Notes: generated by a model from the sequence alone, not told the origin. Shown: positions 1 through 10,848, counted from the first letter of the stretch. The stretch is 64,000 bases of DNA from Candidatus Spyradenecus sp. (GCA_045535075.1 JAZSKX010000017.1:64001-128000), one strand, 5' to 3'. Translations and numbers: made by a program.

Positions 1-463
1 AATCCGGCGCCGGTTTGCAGTTGGCAACGTCTTCCGACGTGATGACCACCGGGAAAAGCTCCGCCACGCCGATAGTTTTTAAAATCTCGTGAACCTCCTT
101 ACGAAAACCTCCCGAGGCGACAGCGAGCTTTGCGCCGCGCGCGGCAAGTTTTCTCGCGTAGGCACAAACATCCGGAATCGGCTCCACTTCACAAATATGC
201 TCGGCAAGATACGCGTGATAATCCGGAAGCAGTTTTTCGATGCTGATTTTAAAACCGTAACGATTTTCCAAAATCGCAATCGTGTCCGCCGTGTTCATGC
301 CGCCAAGCGTGCAGAAAAAATCCCACGGGAACGCCCAGTTCTCGCCGACTTGGCGGCGCACGGAATATTCCCACGCAGCGTGGTGCAACTTCATCGATGC
401 GGCAAGCGTGCCGTCGCAATCAAAAACGTACGCAGAAAAAGGTTCTTTAAATTCGGAACTCAT
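1..463 (-). CDS. HAD-family phosphatase (YqaB/beta-phosphoglucomutase-like), partial; runs off the window start
   Basis: Not in the ORF track; manual translation from ATG at 463 gives MSSEFKEPFSAYVFDCDGTLAASMKLHHAAW...AVASGG...TSEDVANCKPAPD, containing HAD motif I (DxDGT), motif II (AS) and KPxP. Confidence 0.85.
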   Translation of the reverse strand, partial: MSSEFKEPFSAYVFDCDGTLAASMKLHHAAWEYSVRRQVGENWAFPWDFFCTLGGMNTADTIAILENRYGFKISIEKLLPDYHAYLAEHICEVEPIPDVCAYARKLAARGAKLAVASGGFRKEVHEILKTIGVAELFPVVITSEDVANCKPAPD

Positions 464-547
464 TGGAGAATGAATTTACGACGTTCCCGTTTCCGGCGCA
501 AGCTCGCCCTCCAAAGCCGGCGGTCTTGCAGGGGCATTTTTATTCGC

Positions 548-574
548 AAAAAAAGGCTTCCGTCGGGAAGCCTT
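548..574 (-). terminator. Rho-independent terminator after tRNA-Thr
   Basis: Minus strand reads AAGGCTTCC-CGAC-GGAAGCCTT followed by a T-run. Confidence 0.8.
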
Positions 575-579
575 AAAAA

Positions 580-655
580 TGGAGCCACTTGTCAGACTTG
601 AACTGACGACCCTCTCATTACGAATGAGATGCTCTACCAACTGAGCTAAAGTGGC
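580..655 (-). tRNA. tRNA-Thr(CGT)
   Basis: Reverse complement folds as a cloverleaf: GCCACTT acceptor stem, TCTCA-TTCGTAA-TGAGA anticodon arm, TTCAAGT T-loop, encoded CCA. Confidence 0.95.
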
Positions 656-840
656 TAATGGAAGAATGAAGCTTCAACTCTACACTTTTTATTTTTTTGT
701 GCAAGCAAAAATTAAAAATCCCGATTTACCGAATTTCACGGGAACGGGGATTGTTACGGACTTTCTTTTAAAAAAAATTCAAACCTCGGGCTGTGATTGC
801 ATTTGCGCCGCGGAAAGATTTCGCGCACAATGGTCGCGAA

Positions 841-3666
841 ATGAATTCGGCGGTAAAAAGATGCGGACATAAGCTCCTGAAAAAAATTGCATTAAACATT
901 TTTTTCGCGGGAACGCTACTGAGTACGGGAGTGCTTCCCGCGACTGCGGGAACCGTCACGCCGGACTTGGCGCCGCTTGCCGAAGCCGCCGAGCAAAAAG
1001 CGCGTTCCCGCACGCAGACGATCCTTGCGCGCAATGCGCTCGGAAGCGGACTTACAAGCTTGGCAATCAATTTTACGGAAGATGTTCTCGCGGGTTCTTC
1101 GATTTCCGACGACGAACGCGACGACGCGTTGCTGACCCGTGCGTCGGCATTGATCGCCCGCGGAGATTTTGCCGAAGCGGAGAAATCGCTTAGAGCAGTC
1201 AAAAAATCCTCTGCGGCAAAAACGCTTCGTGAAGTTTGGATAAAAATCGGGAATTCGGATTTTTGGAATGCCGGCGAAATTATCAAAACGATTGCACCCG
1301 AGGCTCTGTCGACAAGCGATCGCGTCTGGCTGGAGCTGGCGCAAGCTATTTTGGCAAAGCAATCCGGGAGCGCCGACGAATCTGTCCTCCGAAAAAATTT
1401 TGAAGAAGTCATCAAAAAAGGCATCAATCCGGCTCAGCGCTCTCAGTTTGAATATGTTCAAAGTTGGGCGAATGCCACTTTCGTTCCCGAGCCTTCAGAA
1501 GAGGAATTGACTGAGTTACGGGAACACGCGATTCGCGCCAGAGGCACGCGGGAAGGCGCACAGCTTGCAAAATTGCTTGCGATTACGCTCAACCGCAAAG
1601 CCCACGGGAACGAGGGCGAAGAAATGCGCGCCGCCGCACGCAAAGCGCTTGCCGATGCGGGAACGGTTCCGCCGGACTTGCGCCCGGAATTCGATTTTCT
1701 TGAAGGAATTTTTCAGGATTCGCCGAGTTCCGTCGCTGCAAGGCGAGCGTTTATGCGAGTCATTCGCCAGCGCCCGGACACCGCGCTTCAGGAAGCCGCC
1801 ATTGCCGGGCTTTACCGCCATGTCAGCAAGCTTGTTGAAGAAAAAAAACGCGATGCCGCCATCATCGCCGTAAGCGAAATCAATGCATTTTTTGAAAGCG
1901 CCCAAACCGGCAATCCCGCTCTTCCCTCAGACGGGAACAAGCTCGCGCCCGATCCGAGAATGCTTGATCTTGAGCTCTTCCTGCGCGCGCGCATCTCCAA
2001 GCTTGTCAACGATACTCTCCGCGTGGAAAAAGCGGCAAGCGAGCTACTCGAAAAATGTCCGACAAGCGCACTTGTTCCCGACACGCTTCGCCTGCTCACA
2101 ATTGAAGCAATGAGCCGCCGGGAATACCGCCGAGCAGTCCCTTATTTGGAAAAATTGCGCGATGCCGAACCCTCGGAACCGGAAAAAGCGAAAATCAACA
2201 TCATCCTCGCGGACTGCCATTTCTTAAGCGGCGACTACGATCTTGCCAACGACGTTTACTCGCGCACCGAGCTTAAGGAATACGCGGGTGTTATTTTTTC
2301 CCAGCGCGTTCTTTGCGAGATTCGTTCAGATAAATTCCAAGCGGCGGAAGATTTAATCGAAGCCTACAAAAACGCCCCCGAAACCTTTAATCGCGACTGG
2401 ATTTTCCGCGCCGAATGCAATCTCATCGAGCGCCTTCGCAAAACCGGAAACTTGGATAAAGCGGCGGGACAATGCACACGCTTTCTTGAACAGGAAAACA
2501 TTCCCGACGCCTATCGCCTTCGCGTTTTGTGGGCTCAGGCACAACTTGCAATCGAACAAAATATTCCCGAAATCGCCGTAAGCGCCGCCGATGAAATTTC
2601 CAAAATTTTAGCAAGACAGGAAAAATCCGAAACCTTCCTGCTCCCGAAAACACTTGAAACGCTGAAATCCGACGCCATCCTCCTCAAGGCACGAGCGTTG
2701 TTGCGCAACGGGAACTTGGAAGAAGCGCGCAAGCAACTTACCCGGCTGCGGGAAGCGTTTCCGGACAGCAATGCCGCCGTGATTTCTTACCTCGACGAAG
2801 GACGTGCGCTTGCAGAAAAAAGTTTTCAATTTGAAGCGCTAAGTTGCTTCGAACGCCTCATCGAGCTTTGCGAAAACAATCCGAAGTTTTCTAATTATGC
2901 CCCGGTTGCATATACCGAGGCTGCGCAACAGGAAGTCTCGCTCGGGCGTCCCCGCGAAGCGATTGACCGGTTGGCGACCCTGCTTCGAAAGCACGGGAAC
3001 GACCGTCTTAAGGAAACAATCCGTATGCGCCAGGCGGATCTTTTCCGTATGCTCAACGACTTTGAGTCGGCGCTCGCAATTTACGACCAGCTTTATTCCC
3101 TCTACAAGCAGGCAGCCAACGTTCCGGAACACGTCAACCTCGAACGTATCGAAACGGCTCGGGCGGACTGTCTGCTCGCGCTCGCTTCCGGCATTCGGAA
3201 GTCCGACGACGCAGAAACCCGAGTCGCCTTGCGGGAAGCGATGCGCAAGGCGATTGCCGGTTATGAGCGTATTTGCACGTCTCCGGAAGCATCCATCGAA
3301 ATCTGCGCAGAAGCCGGGAACAAGTGGGGCTACGCGACGGCGGAATTTATCCGTCTTCTTGAAAATCCTTCCGAGAGTGCGAAATTCCAAGCCAATCTTG
3401 ATGCCCGAAAAATTTACTGGAACGTCATCAACCTTGTGATTAATCGTGCGTCAAAAGGCGGCGTCGATCCTTCGGAGAACTGGGGAGTTTCGACCGGCTA
3501 TTGGTTGGCTCGCAGTCTTTTTGCGATTGCGGATCTCTGCGAAGAAGCCGGCGATTACGCCGAAGCCCGCAAAGCCTACGAGCAAGTAAAGAACTGGTCT
3601 GCCCGCGGCTGGATGCCCGGCTCCGAATACGCGCGTTCCCGCGAAGAAGCGATTCGCGACAAATAA
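841..3666 (+). CDS. Large exported TPR-repeat protein
   Basis: Helical TPR-like repeats (e.g. ILADCHFLSGDYDLANDVY, LFAIADLCEEAGDYAEARKAY) and a hydrophobic N-terminal signal. ATG 841 chosen over TTG 793. Confidence 0.75.
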   Translation: MNSAVKRCGHKLLKKIALNIFFAGTLLSTGVLPATAGTVTPDLAPLAEAAEQKARSRTQTILARNALGSGLTSLAINFTEDVLAGSSISDDERDDALLTRASALIARGDFAEAEKSLRAVKKSSAAKTLREVWIKIGNSDFWNAGEIIKTIAPEALSTSDRVWLELAQAILAKQSGSADESVLRKNFEEVIKKGINPAQRSQFEYVQSWANATFVPEPSEEELTELREHAIRARGTREGAQLAKLLAITLNRKAHGNEGEEMRAAARKALADAGTVPPDLRPEFDFLEGIFQDSPSSVAARRAFMRVIRQRPDTALQEAAIAGLYRHVSKLVEEKKRDAAIIAVSEINAFFESAQTGNPALPSDGNKLAPDPRMLDLELFLRARISKLVNDTLRVEKAASELLEKCPTSALVPDTLRLLTIEAMSRREYRRAVPYLEKLRDAEPSEPEKAKINIILADCHFLSGDYDLANDVYSRTELKEYAGVIFSQRVLCEIRSDKFQAAEDLIEAYKNAPETFNRDWIFRAECNLIERLRKTGNLDKAAGQCTRFLEQENIPDAYRLRVLWAQAQLAIEQNIPEIAVSAADEISKILARQEKSETFLLPKTLETLKSDAILLKARALLRNGNLEEARKQLTRLREAFPDSNAAVISYLDEGRALAEKSFQFEALSCFERLIELCENNPKFSNYAPVAYTEAAQQEVSLGRPREAIDRLATLLRKHGNDRLKETIRMRQADLFRMLNDFESALAIYDQLYSLYKQAANVPEHVNLERIETARADCLLALASGIRKSDDAETRVALREAMRKAIAGYERICTSPEASIEICAEAGNKWGYATAEFIRLLENPSESAKFQANLDARKIYWNVINLVINRASKGGVDPSENWGVSTGYWLARSLFAIADLCEEAGDYAEARKAYEQVKNWSARGWMPGSEYARSREEAIRDK

Positions 3667-3686
3667 ATCTTCCAATCCGATAATTT

Positions 3687-4352
3687 ATGAACACTGAACC
3701 CTATCAATTTTATTTTTTGAGCGACGGCGGTCCGTTTGTTTGGACACTTCTCGGCATCGCGCTTTTCGGTCTCGTTTTTCTGATTGAACGCGGACTTTAC
3801 CTGCATCGCCGTCAAATTCCTTCCCGCGAATTTCTAAGCGGCATTTTCAACAACCTCCGCAAGGGGCGCTACATTGAAGCGTTGACGGTTTGCGAAAACA
3901 CCGAAGGTCCCGTTGCTCGCGTCGTAAAAGCAATTCTGCTCCATCGCACGGAAAGCGAAGAACGTATGCGACTCGCAGCGGAAGAAGCCGCCATCGCAGA
4001 AATTCCCGCACTTGAGCGTCGCGCGGGAACGATTAACGCCTTTGCCAAAATCGCCCCGCTCGTCGGTTTGGCGGGAACGGTTTTTGCCCTGCTTCGCGCA
4101 TTTTTGCACATGACCGCCGCCGGGCACTACGCAACAGCAGATCTTTTTTCCGCCGACATTGCGCAGGCTCTCGCCGCCACCGGGCTCGGGCTCGTCATCG
4201 CAATCGTGCTTCACCTCGGGCACCACTTCATCGTCGGGCGCATCCGCGCATTAACTTACGACATCGACAAAACGGCAATCGCCGTCATCCTTTTCCTAAA
4301 CTACGAAATCCACCTTCCGGAAACGGACGAAAGCGCGGAGTCCGGAAAATAA
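3687..4352 (+). CDS. MotA/TolQ/ExbB proton channel family protein
   Basis: GG-x-x-W N-terminus, IERGLYL, IAPLVGLAGTV and IAQALAATGLGLVIAI transmembrane segments. Confidence 0.88.
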   Translation: MNTEPYQFYFLSDGGPFVWTLLGIALFGLVFLIERGLYLHRRQIPSREFLSGIFNNLRKGRYIEALTVCENTEGPVARVVKAILLHRTESEERMRLAAEEAAIAEIPALERRAGTINAFAKIAPLVGLAGTVFALLRAFLHMTAAGHYATADLFSADIAQALAATGLGLVIAIVLHLGHHFIVGRIRALTYDIDKTAIAVILFLNYEIHLPETDESAESGK

Positions 4353-4370
4353 CGCTTCGGAATTTTCCGC

Positions 4371-6311
4371 GTGTTTACGCTCAAGGACATTCGCTTGCGC
4401 TTCGGTCCGCGCGAGCTTTTTAGGGGAATCAACGTTGCCGTCAACGCGCGGGAACGCATCGGGCTTGTCGGCTCAAACGGTGCAGGAAAATCCACTTTTC
4501 TCAAGATTCTTGCCGGGCTTCACGATTACGATTCCGGTGAAATTTCGGCAGCCAAAAGCGCAACGGTCGGCTATCTCCCGCAAGACGGTTTGGAGCTTCA
4601 CGGGAAGACGCTTTACAATGAAGTGGAGTCCGCCTGTGAAAACATTGTTGCATTGCGCGAAAAAATCCGTGAAGCCGATGCAGAGCTTGCAGGATTCCGA
4701 CCGGATTCTCCGGAATATCGCGAACGGCTCGAACTCATCGCCGAATGGGAACGCCGCCTCGACGACGCGGATGCCGAGAAATTGCGTTCCCGCATCGAGC
4801 GGGTTTTACTCGGCCTCGGTTTCTCCCAAAGCGATATGGAACGCCCGACGGAAGAATTTTCCGGCGGTTGGCAAATGCGCATCGCTTTGGCAAAGTTGCT
4901 TCTGCGGGAACCGACATTGCTTCTGCTGGACGAACCGACCAATCACCTCGACATCGAATCGCAAAATTGGCTTGAAAACTGGCTGAAATCCTATGCCGGT
5001 GCCGTCATTATCGTTTCTCACGATCGTGCGTTTCTGGACACGCTTTGCACGCGGATTTTCGCGCTTAATTTCGGCTTGCTCGAAGTTTATAACGGGAATT
5101 TTTCCTATTTTGAAAAAACGTCACGGGAACGTCGGGAAGCCCTGCGTCGCGCGGCTCAAAATCAGGCGCGTGAAATTGAGAAAACAGAGGCGTTTATCGA
5201 ACGCTTTCGTGCAAAGGCGACAAAAGCCGCGCAAGTGCAGTCTCGCATAAAATCGCTCGAAAAGATAGAGCGTATCGAGTTCGAAGAAGAAGATGATTCG
5301 GAAATCGATTTCGAATTCCCGCCGGCGCCGCCGACCGGGCAACGCGTCCTCACGCTTGAATCTGCGGGGAAAAGCTACGGAACGCACGAGGTTCTGCGTA
5401 ATTTAAACCTGAAAATCGAACGCGGGGAACGCATCGCCGTCGTTGGAGTAAACGGAGCCGGGAAATCGACGCTTATCCGTATGCTTGCGGGAACGGAAGC
5501 GCTTACGGCGGGAACGCGGGAAGAAGGCCTTCACGTTGCCGTTTCCTACTTTGCACAACATCAGGCAAAAGAGCTTGATCCGGGGAAAACGGTTTTGGAG
5601 ACGGTTAACGACGTCGCCGCCGGCTTAGGGACAACACGCCTGCGTTCGTTGCTCGGCGCTTTCCTTTTTCGCGGCGAAGATGTTTTCAAGCCGGTTTCGG
5701 TGCTTTCAGGCGGCGAACGCAATCGACTCGCTCTCGCCCGCATGTTGTTAAGACCGTTTAATTTTTTGATTTTAGACGAACCGACTAACCACCTTGATAT
5801 GCGCTCCAAAGCGGTGCTCGCGCATGCGATCCGTCGCTTTACGGGAACGGTTGTCGTTGTTTCGCACGATCGGGCTTTCCTGGATCCTCTTGTGAGCAAG
5901 GTTCTTGAAGTCAAGGACGGCAGCATTCGTGTTTTTCACGGGAACGTCTCCGATTACCTCACGGCAACGGACGCCGAGCGTCAGGCGGCACGGGAGCGGT
6001 TTTCCGGGAAAGTCGCCGAAAAGCCTAAACCGGCTTCCGCGAATTCAAGCGATCCGCGGGAACGCCGCCGCGCCAATGCCGAACGCGCAAAGCAACTGGC
6101 ACCCTTACGAAGGGAATTGGAAAAACTCGAATCCGCAATTTCAGCGCTTGAGGCAGAACAACAGGACCTTGAAACCCAAATGGCAGAGCCGGATTTCTTT
6201 TCTCGCGGCGAAGCAACTAAAGCGGCACTTGTCCGCTACGAAGCCGTAAAAACCGAAATCTCCGCGAGCTATGCGCGCTGGGAAGAACTCTCGCTTCTTC
6301 TTGAATCCTAA
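4371..6311 (+). CDS. ABC-F family ATPase (YheS/Uup-like)
   Basis: Two ABC cassettes (GSNGAGKST/FSGGW/LLDEPTNHLD; GVNGAGKST/LSGGE/ILDEPTNHLD), inter-domain linker, C-terminal coiled coil, no TM segments. Confidence 0.92.
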   Translation: MFTLKDIRLRFGPRELFRGINVAVNARERIGLVGSNGAGKSTFLKILAGLHDYDSGEISAAKSATVGYLPQDGLELHGKTLYNEVESACENIVALREKIREADAELAGFRPDSPEYRERLELIAEWERRLDDADAEKLRSRIERVLLGLGFSQSDMERPTEEFSGGWQMRIALAKLLLREPTLLLLDEPTNHLDIESQNWLENWLKSYAGAVIIVSHDRAFLDTLCTRIFALNFGLLEVYNGNFSYFEKTSRERREALRRAAQNQAREIEKTEAFIERFRAKATKAAQVQSRIKSLEKIERIEFEEEDDSEIDFEFPPAPPTGQRVLTLESAGKSYGTHEVLRNLNLKIERGERIAVVGVNGAGKSTLIRMLAGTEALTAGTREEGLHVAVSYFAQHQAKELDPGKTVLETVNDVAAGLGTTRLRSLLGAFLFRGEDVFKPVSVLSGGERNRLALARMLLRPFNFLILDEPTNHLDMRSKAVLAHAIRRFTGTVVVVSHDRAFLDPLVSKVLEVKDGSIRVFHGNVSDYLTATDAERQAARERFSGKVAEKPKPASANSSDPRERRRANAERAKQLAPLRRELEKLESAISALEAEQQDLETQMAEPDFFSRGEATKAALVRYEAVKTEISASYARWEELSLLLES

Positions 6312-6340
6312 GCAAAACCGGGTTCTGCCCTGAGCATAAC

Positions 6341-6372
6341 AAAAAAACTCCCGCGGGAACGGGAGTTTTTTT
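6341..6372. terminator. Bidirectional terminator with the GCGGGAACG motif spanning the loop
   Basis: AAAAAAACTCCCG-CGGGAA-CGGGAGTTTTTTT between convergent genes. Confidence 0.85.
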
Positions 6373-6384
6373 GATTTACGTTGT

Positions 6385-9300
6385 TTAGAAGCGGCAACGC
6401 ACCATCAAGTTGATGTTGTGCTCCGGATCGGAATCTTCGCGCAGGAAGTTCAAGTCGTAATCCAAGGAAATCGTCGTTGATTCCGCGAGCAGAACCGTAA
6501 CGCCGAGCCCTGCGGTAACATAGTCGGAGCCTTCCTTGTTCATCGTCGTCGAGAACGGCGTTGAGCCCGGAATCGCAAGCGCGGCATCAATATCTTCGTC
6601 CCCGTCGAGGAATTCATGTTGCCACGAGATACGTGCTTCGGGAACGAAAGTGATCGTTTCCTTCACATTGAATCGTACCGTCGTGCGCCATCCGACGCTG
6701 GTTTGCAAAGAGTCGTAGCTGTAGTCATCCACGTCGAGCGCATCTGCACCGTTTCCTTCTTCGGAATAGCCGTCCACGCTGTTGTAAACGTAGCGCAAGG
6801 AAACCATCGGTCCGGTCGTCCATTGGTAAGAAAGCGCCTGCGAACCCGCATCCCATTCCCAGCCGGCGGCGAGATAGCCGATCGCCTGAGAGCCGTCCGG
6901 AGACGCACTCGCCTTGGAGCTGTAGTCGCCGATTTTCGTAGAACGCGTAAAATCGTATTCTCCGACACCGTAAGATGCCATGCCCATGTAGTAAAGGCTG
7001 CCTTCTTTGTTATTTTTGGACCCGGCAAAATAAATTCCGAGAGAACGCATGGAAGCGTCCGTTTCCGAACCGGTTGCCTTCATTTCCGTTGTTCCGCCGG
7101 AATATGTCGCGAAAATACCGACAGAAAGGCGATCGCTGACTGCGTAGTCAAACCCGATCGATGCGTTCATCATGTCGGTTTCGGTTTTTGAGGTGTGCGA
7201 CGTCGCATCCCCGTCGGAGAACGAATAACCGCCGTTTGCCCAAAGCATTGCCCGATCGTCATTCAAATCGTAGCCGGCAAATTGGCGCATTCCGTTAGCG
7301 GCAACGGCATTCGGGTTCGCAGAGAACGAGAATCCGTAGGAATTGAACAGCGGAACGGACCACAAGTCCGCCACCGGATAGCCGGAACGCAACTCGCGGG
7401 AACGACGTTCGAGCGCCCCCGTAACAGCCGCCGCCTGCTTGTTGTTTAGCGAATTAATCGTAATCAGATTAACCGGCAAAAGTTGATCATACGCTCCGAG
7501 CAATCCGTCGAGAGATTCGAAACGGTTAAGTTCTTCGAGCAACTTGGAAGAAACATTCGCATTTTCGCCGTCGGAAAGACAGGTTCGCAACGACTGAGCA
7601 ATGGCTTTTTGCTCGGATGTCATCTGAGAATAGGTCAAACGCACGGGAACGAGCTCTGCGCCGTCCGGAAGCTGAGCTTCGATTGTTCCGCTTGCGTTAA
7701 TTCCGTAAACGAGAGGGATTTCTTCCTTCCCGTCCCACAGCAACGGAGCATTGGAATCGATCACAACCGAAACCGTATCGTCAACAGTAACCGTTTTCCC
7801 TTCCGCCAAGTCGATAAATTCGATGGTGTCTCGCGGCAATTTATTTTGGAACGCGAGCTCGATGACCGAGTTCCCGCGAATCTCAACATTCTGGTTTACA
7901 GCCAAGGAGTCGCCGAAAACAACGCCGAGTCTGCTGTCTTGGCAGAGAACGCCAAGATCGACTCCGGCTTCCACCGTCGTAACGCCGTTACCGACTCCGC
8001 CGCCAACTTGGAAAAATGACCCGCCCAATAATTCAAGAGAAGATTGGGTCAACTTCAGAACGGCTCCGTCTCCGGCAAAGAGTTCGGAATCCGTAAGGGA
8101 GAGTCCGGTCAAGCCTTCAATCTGCGTCGTCCCTTTCAGGACAAGAGACGATTTTTCCTGAAGCGTGACTCCGCATTCGAAGACAGCTCCGTCCATTTGA
8201 ATCGCTCCGTAGGAGACATTCATCGCTCCCGCGCGAATGCGTCCGTTTATCACAGCCGAGGAGCGTGTCGTTACCTCCGGAGAAGTTTCCGTACCGTCTT
8301 CCGCGATAACAGCGTTCTTATGAAAACCTTTAACCGTGAGCACGCCGATGCCGTCAAAATCCGTTCCGACATAAAGCGTTGAGTTTGCGGGAACGAGCAA
8401 AGACGCGGCAGTCGTTTCCGTCGCACCGATATTTGCCGCCTGAACCGTCGCCTGAGCGACGACATTTATCTGCCCGCCGGTTGCATCTACGGCAAGCTCA
8501 TTTTTTCCGCCCATATTGAACGTTCCGCCCGACATATTGAAAACCGTCGCGCGGAGCGTCCCGTTCGGATTGGTCGTCAAAACGCCGTTCCCGCTCAAAT
8601 CAATGCGGCTCGCCTGAGAGTTTGCCGTGTTTACCTCGACAACCCCGCCATGGATATTAAGCGAACCGCCGGAAATAGAACCGCCGTTGAGATTGAGCTT
8701 CCCGCCGGCAATCTCAATGCCGCGCGTCGCTTCAATCGTTCCGTACTCGTTCAAATTGATTACGCCGCCGGAAAGAAGGACTTTCAACCCCTTCCAATTG
8801 ACTCCGTCAAAGCTGGTAATTTTCCCGCCGTCGGAAACATTGAGCACGCCATTGTTAACGATGACGGAATCTTCCACGTATAGCACCGCCTGATTGCCGA
8901 CGACGGAAAGATTGGTCGAAGAACGGTCAATCGCCACAGCGTGGACTTCCCGCCAATCGGAAATTTGCATGTTATCGCTTTCCATGACAACCGCTCCCGT
9001 GTTGAACTTCAGCGAAACATCGCTAACGATTGCCGTTCCCGTGCCCTTGTTGACAAATTCAACCGTCCAGTCCCCGGCTTCGGTTACACCCCAGAATGCG
9101 TTAGAAATATAAGTCCAGGTTAACGCCGTTGTTCCCTTTTCATTAACGACTAAATTGTAAACCGTCTCATAGGCATTGTCTTCCTTGTTATCGGAAAGCG
9201 ACGCCTTATCCAAAAGCACGCTACGCGTTCCCGAGGGAGAAACAAGCGCGACTTGGGCATCTTCAAAATAGTTAATATTGTCGATTGTAAAGGTTACTTC

Positions 9301-10653
9301 GACGGATTCAATCGGTTGAGCAAGGGAGTCCACGCCCGCGACCGCGACCACCGCGTCGCTCGAAGTCCAAGCGTCCTTGTTTCCGCTCAAATTCGCATCG
9401 ACCGTCTTTGAAGTACGAATCGTTTCGTAAGCAATATTTTCCGCAACTTCGATGAATTTCGGCGCGTTGACCAACCCGAACCCGTAGTCGTTGGAGAATT
9501 CAAAACCGGCGGAATTAACCGTCCAAACCGTTCCCGCGGATTGTTCGCCGCGCATCGCTTCGAGAATGTCGCAAGAGCGCGCGAGCGCGTGTTTCGCCCA
9601 ACGCGCATCCATCGCCGGGTTGGCAGCGGCGGCAAGCGCAATGACACCAGAGACAATCGGAGTCGAGAAAGACGTTCCGGAGCTGTAAGTATAGTGCGTG
9701 CGATTGTCGGAATCGGAAGATGTATTGTCGTCTCCGGCTCGGAATCCGAATGATGTTCCGGTGTTGTTGTCGCCGCCCTTTTCATCGTCGCCGAGCATTG
9801 TCAATCCGTAACGGGAGGTTGAGAAAACGGATTCGCCCGGAGCCGTCACAAAAAGGTTCGCCCCGTAACAGGAAAAACCGCTGTAAAATCCGCCGCGGGA
9901 AGTCGATCCGACAACAATTCCGCCTTCATAATTGGCAACGGCATCTCCGTTGGCGTCTGCGGGCTGAAGGGCCGTGTTCAGGTTTGTTTTGCTACGAGAA
10001 TTCCCTGCCGCGATGACGTAAATCGTGTTGTTGCGCGTCGTTTTTTCGAGAGCGGCAACCATTTCGTCCGGATTTTTAAAAATGTAATACGGCGGATAGC
10101 CGAAAGAACAGTTTTTGATATGAATGGCGGCATCGCCTTCAACTGCTCCGTTTGCCGAATTAATGCCGGAACCCCAATAATACGCTTGGATAAGTTGCGC
10201 GTCGGAAAGATCCACGTGCAATCCTGCAAGTTGCGCCTTCGGAGCCGCGCCGATAATCCCGATATTGTTTTGCCCGACGGCAGCCGCCATCCCGGCAACG
10301 AAGGTGCCGTGAGTTTCCCCGTCATATTTTACGGTATCGTTCGGGTTTGCAGTATTGACAAAATCTTTACTCCACTCCGTGTTGTAATTTTCCGCTAAGT
10401 CCGGATGTTCCGGATCCACCCATTCGTCAATAATTCCGATAATAACACCCTCTCCCATGTATCCGGCCATCCACGCCGGAGAGATATTAATTCCGTTAAG
10501 AGAAGGATTCCACTGCCATTGAGAATTATAGAGCGGATCATAAAGAGCCCCGTCATAAGTTTCCTGAACCGATTGGGCGTTTATCGTAAGAGCGGAAAGC
10601 GCCGTCGCGCCGGCAAACAAAAGTGTTAAAGGTAAGCGGAGAGGGGAATTCAT
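6385..10653 (-). CDS. Autotransporter with kexin/furin-like S8 serine protease and P domain
   Basis: Signal peptide MNSPLRLPLTLL; catalytic D (IIDEWVD), H (THGTFVAG), oxyanion N (AAGNS), S (GTSFSTP); P-domain-like VALVSPSGTRS...GDWTVEF; beta-helix; C-terminal barrel ending in F. Confidence 0.88.
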   Translation of the reverse strand: MNSPLRLPLTLLFAGATALSALTINAQSVQETYDGALYDPLYNSQWQWNPSLNGINISPAWMAGYMGEGVIIGIIDEWVDPEHPDLAENYNTEWSKDFVNTANPNDTVKYDGETHGTFVAGMAAAVGQNNIGIIGAAPKAQLAGLHVDLSDAQLIQAYYWGSGINSANGAVEGDAAIHIKNCSFGYPPYYIFKNPDEMVAALEKTTRNNTIYVIAAGNSRSKTNLNTALQPADANGDAVANYEGGIVVGSTSRGGFYSGFSCYGANLFVTAPGESVFSTSRYGLTMLGDDEKGGDNNTGTSFGFRAGDDNTSSDSDNRTHYTYSSGTSFSTPIVSGVIALAAAANPAMDARWAKHALARSCDILEAMRGEQSAGTVWTVNSAGFEFSNDYGFGLVNAPKFIEVAENIAYETIRTSKTVDANLSGNKDAWTSSDAVVAVAGVDSLAQPIESVEVTFTIDNINYFEDAQVALVSPSGTRSVLLDKASLSDNKEDNAYETVYNLVVNEKGTTALTWTYISNAFWGVTEAGDWTVEFVNKGTGTAIVSDVSLKFNTGAVVMESDNMQISDWREVHAVAIDRSSTNLSVVGNQAVLYVEDSVIVNNGVLNVSDGGKITSFDGVNWKGLKVLLSGGVINLNEYGTIEATRGIEIAGGKLNLNGGSISGGSLNIHGGVVEVNTANSQASRIDLSGNGVLTTNPNGTLRATVFNMSGGTFNMGGKNELAVDATGGQINVVAQATVQAANIGATETTAASLLVPANSTLYVGTDFDGIGVLTVKGFHKNAVIAEDGTETSPEVTTRSSAVINGRIRAGAMNVSYGAIQMDGAVFECGVTLQEKSSLVLKGTTQIEGLTGLSLTDSELFAGDGAVLKLTQSSLELLGGSFFQVGGGVGNGVTTVEAGVDLGVLCQDSRLGVVFGDSLAVNQNVEIRGNSVIELAFQNKLPRDTIEFIDLAEGKTVTVDDTVSVVIDSNAPLLWDGKEEIPLVYGINASGTIEAQLPDGAELVPVRLTYSQMTSEQKAIAQSLRTCLSDGENANVSSKLLEELNRFESLDGLLGAYDQLLPVNLITINSLNNKQAAAVTGALERRSRELRSGYPVADLWSVPLFNSYGFSFSANPNAVAANGMRQFAGYDLNDDRAMLWANGGYSFSDGDATSHTSKTETDMMNASIGFDYAVSDRLSVGIFATYSGGTTEMKATGSETDASMRSLGIYFAGSKNNKEGSLYYMGMASYGVGEYDFTRSTKIGDYSSKASASPDGSQAIGYLAAGWEWDAGSQALSYQWTTGPMVSLRYVYNSVDGYSEEGNGADALDVDDYSYDSLQTSVGWRTTVRFNVKETITFVPEARISWQHEFLDGDEDIDAALAIPGSTPFSTTMNKEGSDYVTAGLGVTVLLAESTTISLDYDLNFLREDSDPEHNINLMVRCRF

Positions 10654-10800
10654 AAAGATAAGATTTGGAAAATAAAAAGCAAGGGGCGAGACAATACTCG
10701 CATTCTTGGCGTAGATGAAACTCCTTTCTTGTTGTTCCCGCAAGGAAAAACACGCAAAAGAGCGCGGAAAACAGGAGTCCCGAACCCGGAGAATCGACAC

Positions 10801-10832
10801 AAAAAAACGTTCCCGCCGATTTGACGGGAACG
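10801..10832 (-). terminator. Terminator formed by an inverted motif pair (after ptsH)
   Basis: A7-CGTTCCCG-ccgatttga-CGGGAACG. Confidence 0.75.
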
Positions 10833-10848
10833 CTCGGAAGAAAAGAAA

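Noticed and set aside
89..601. 170-aa plus-strand ORF
   Set aside because: Antisense to the HAD phosphatase and overlapping tRNA-Thr.
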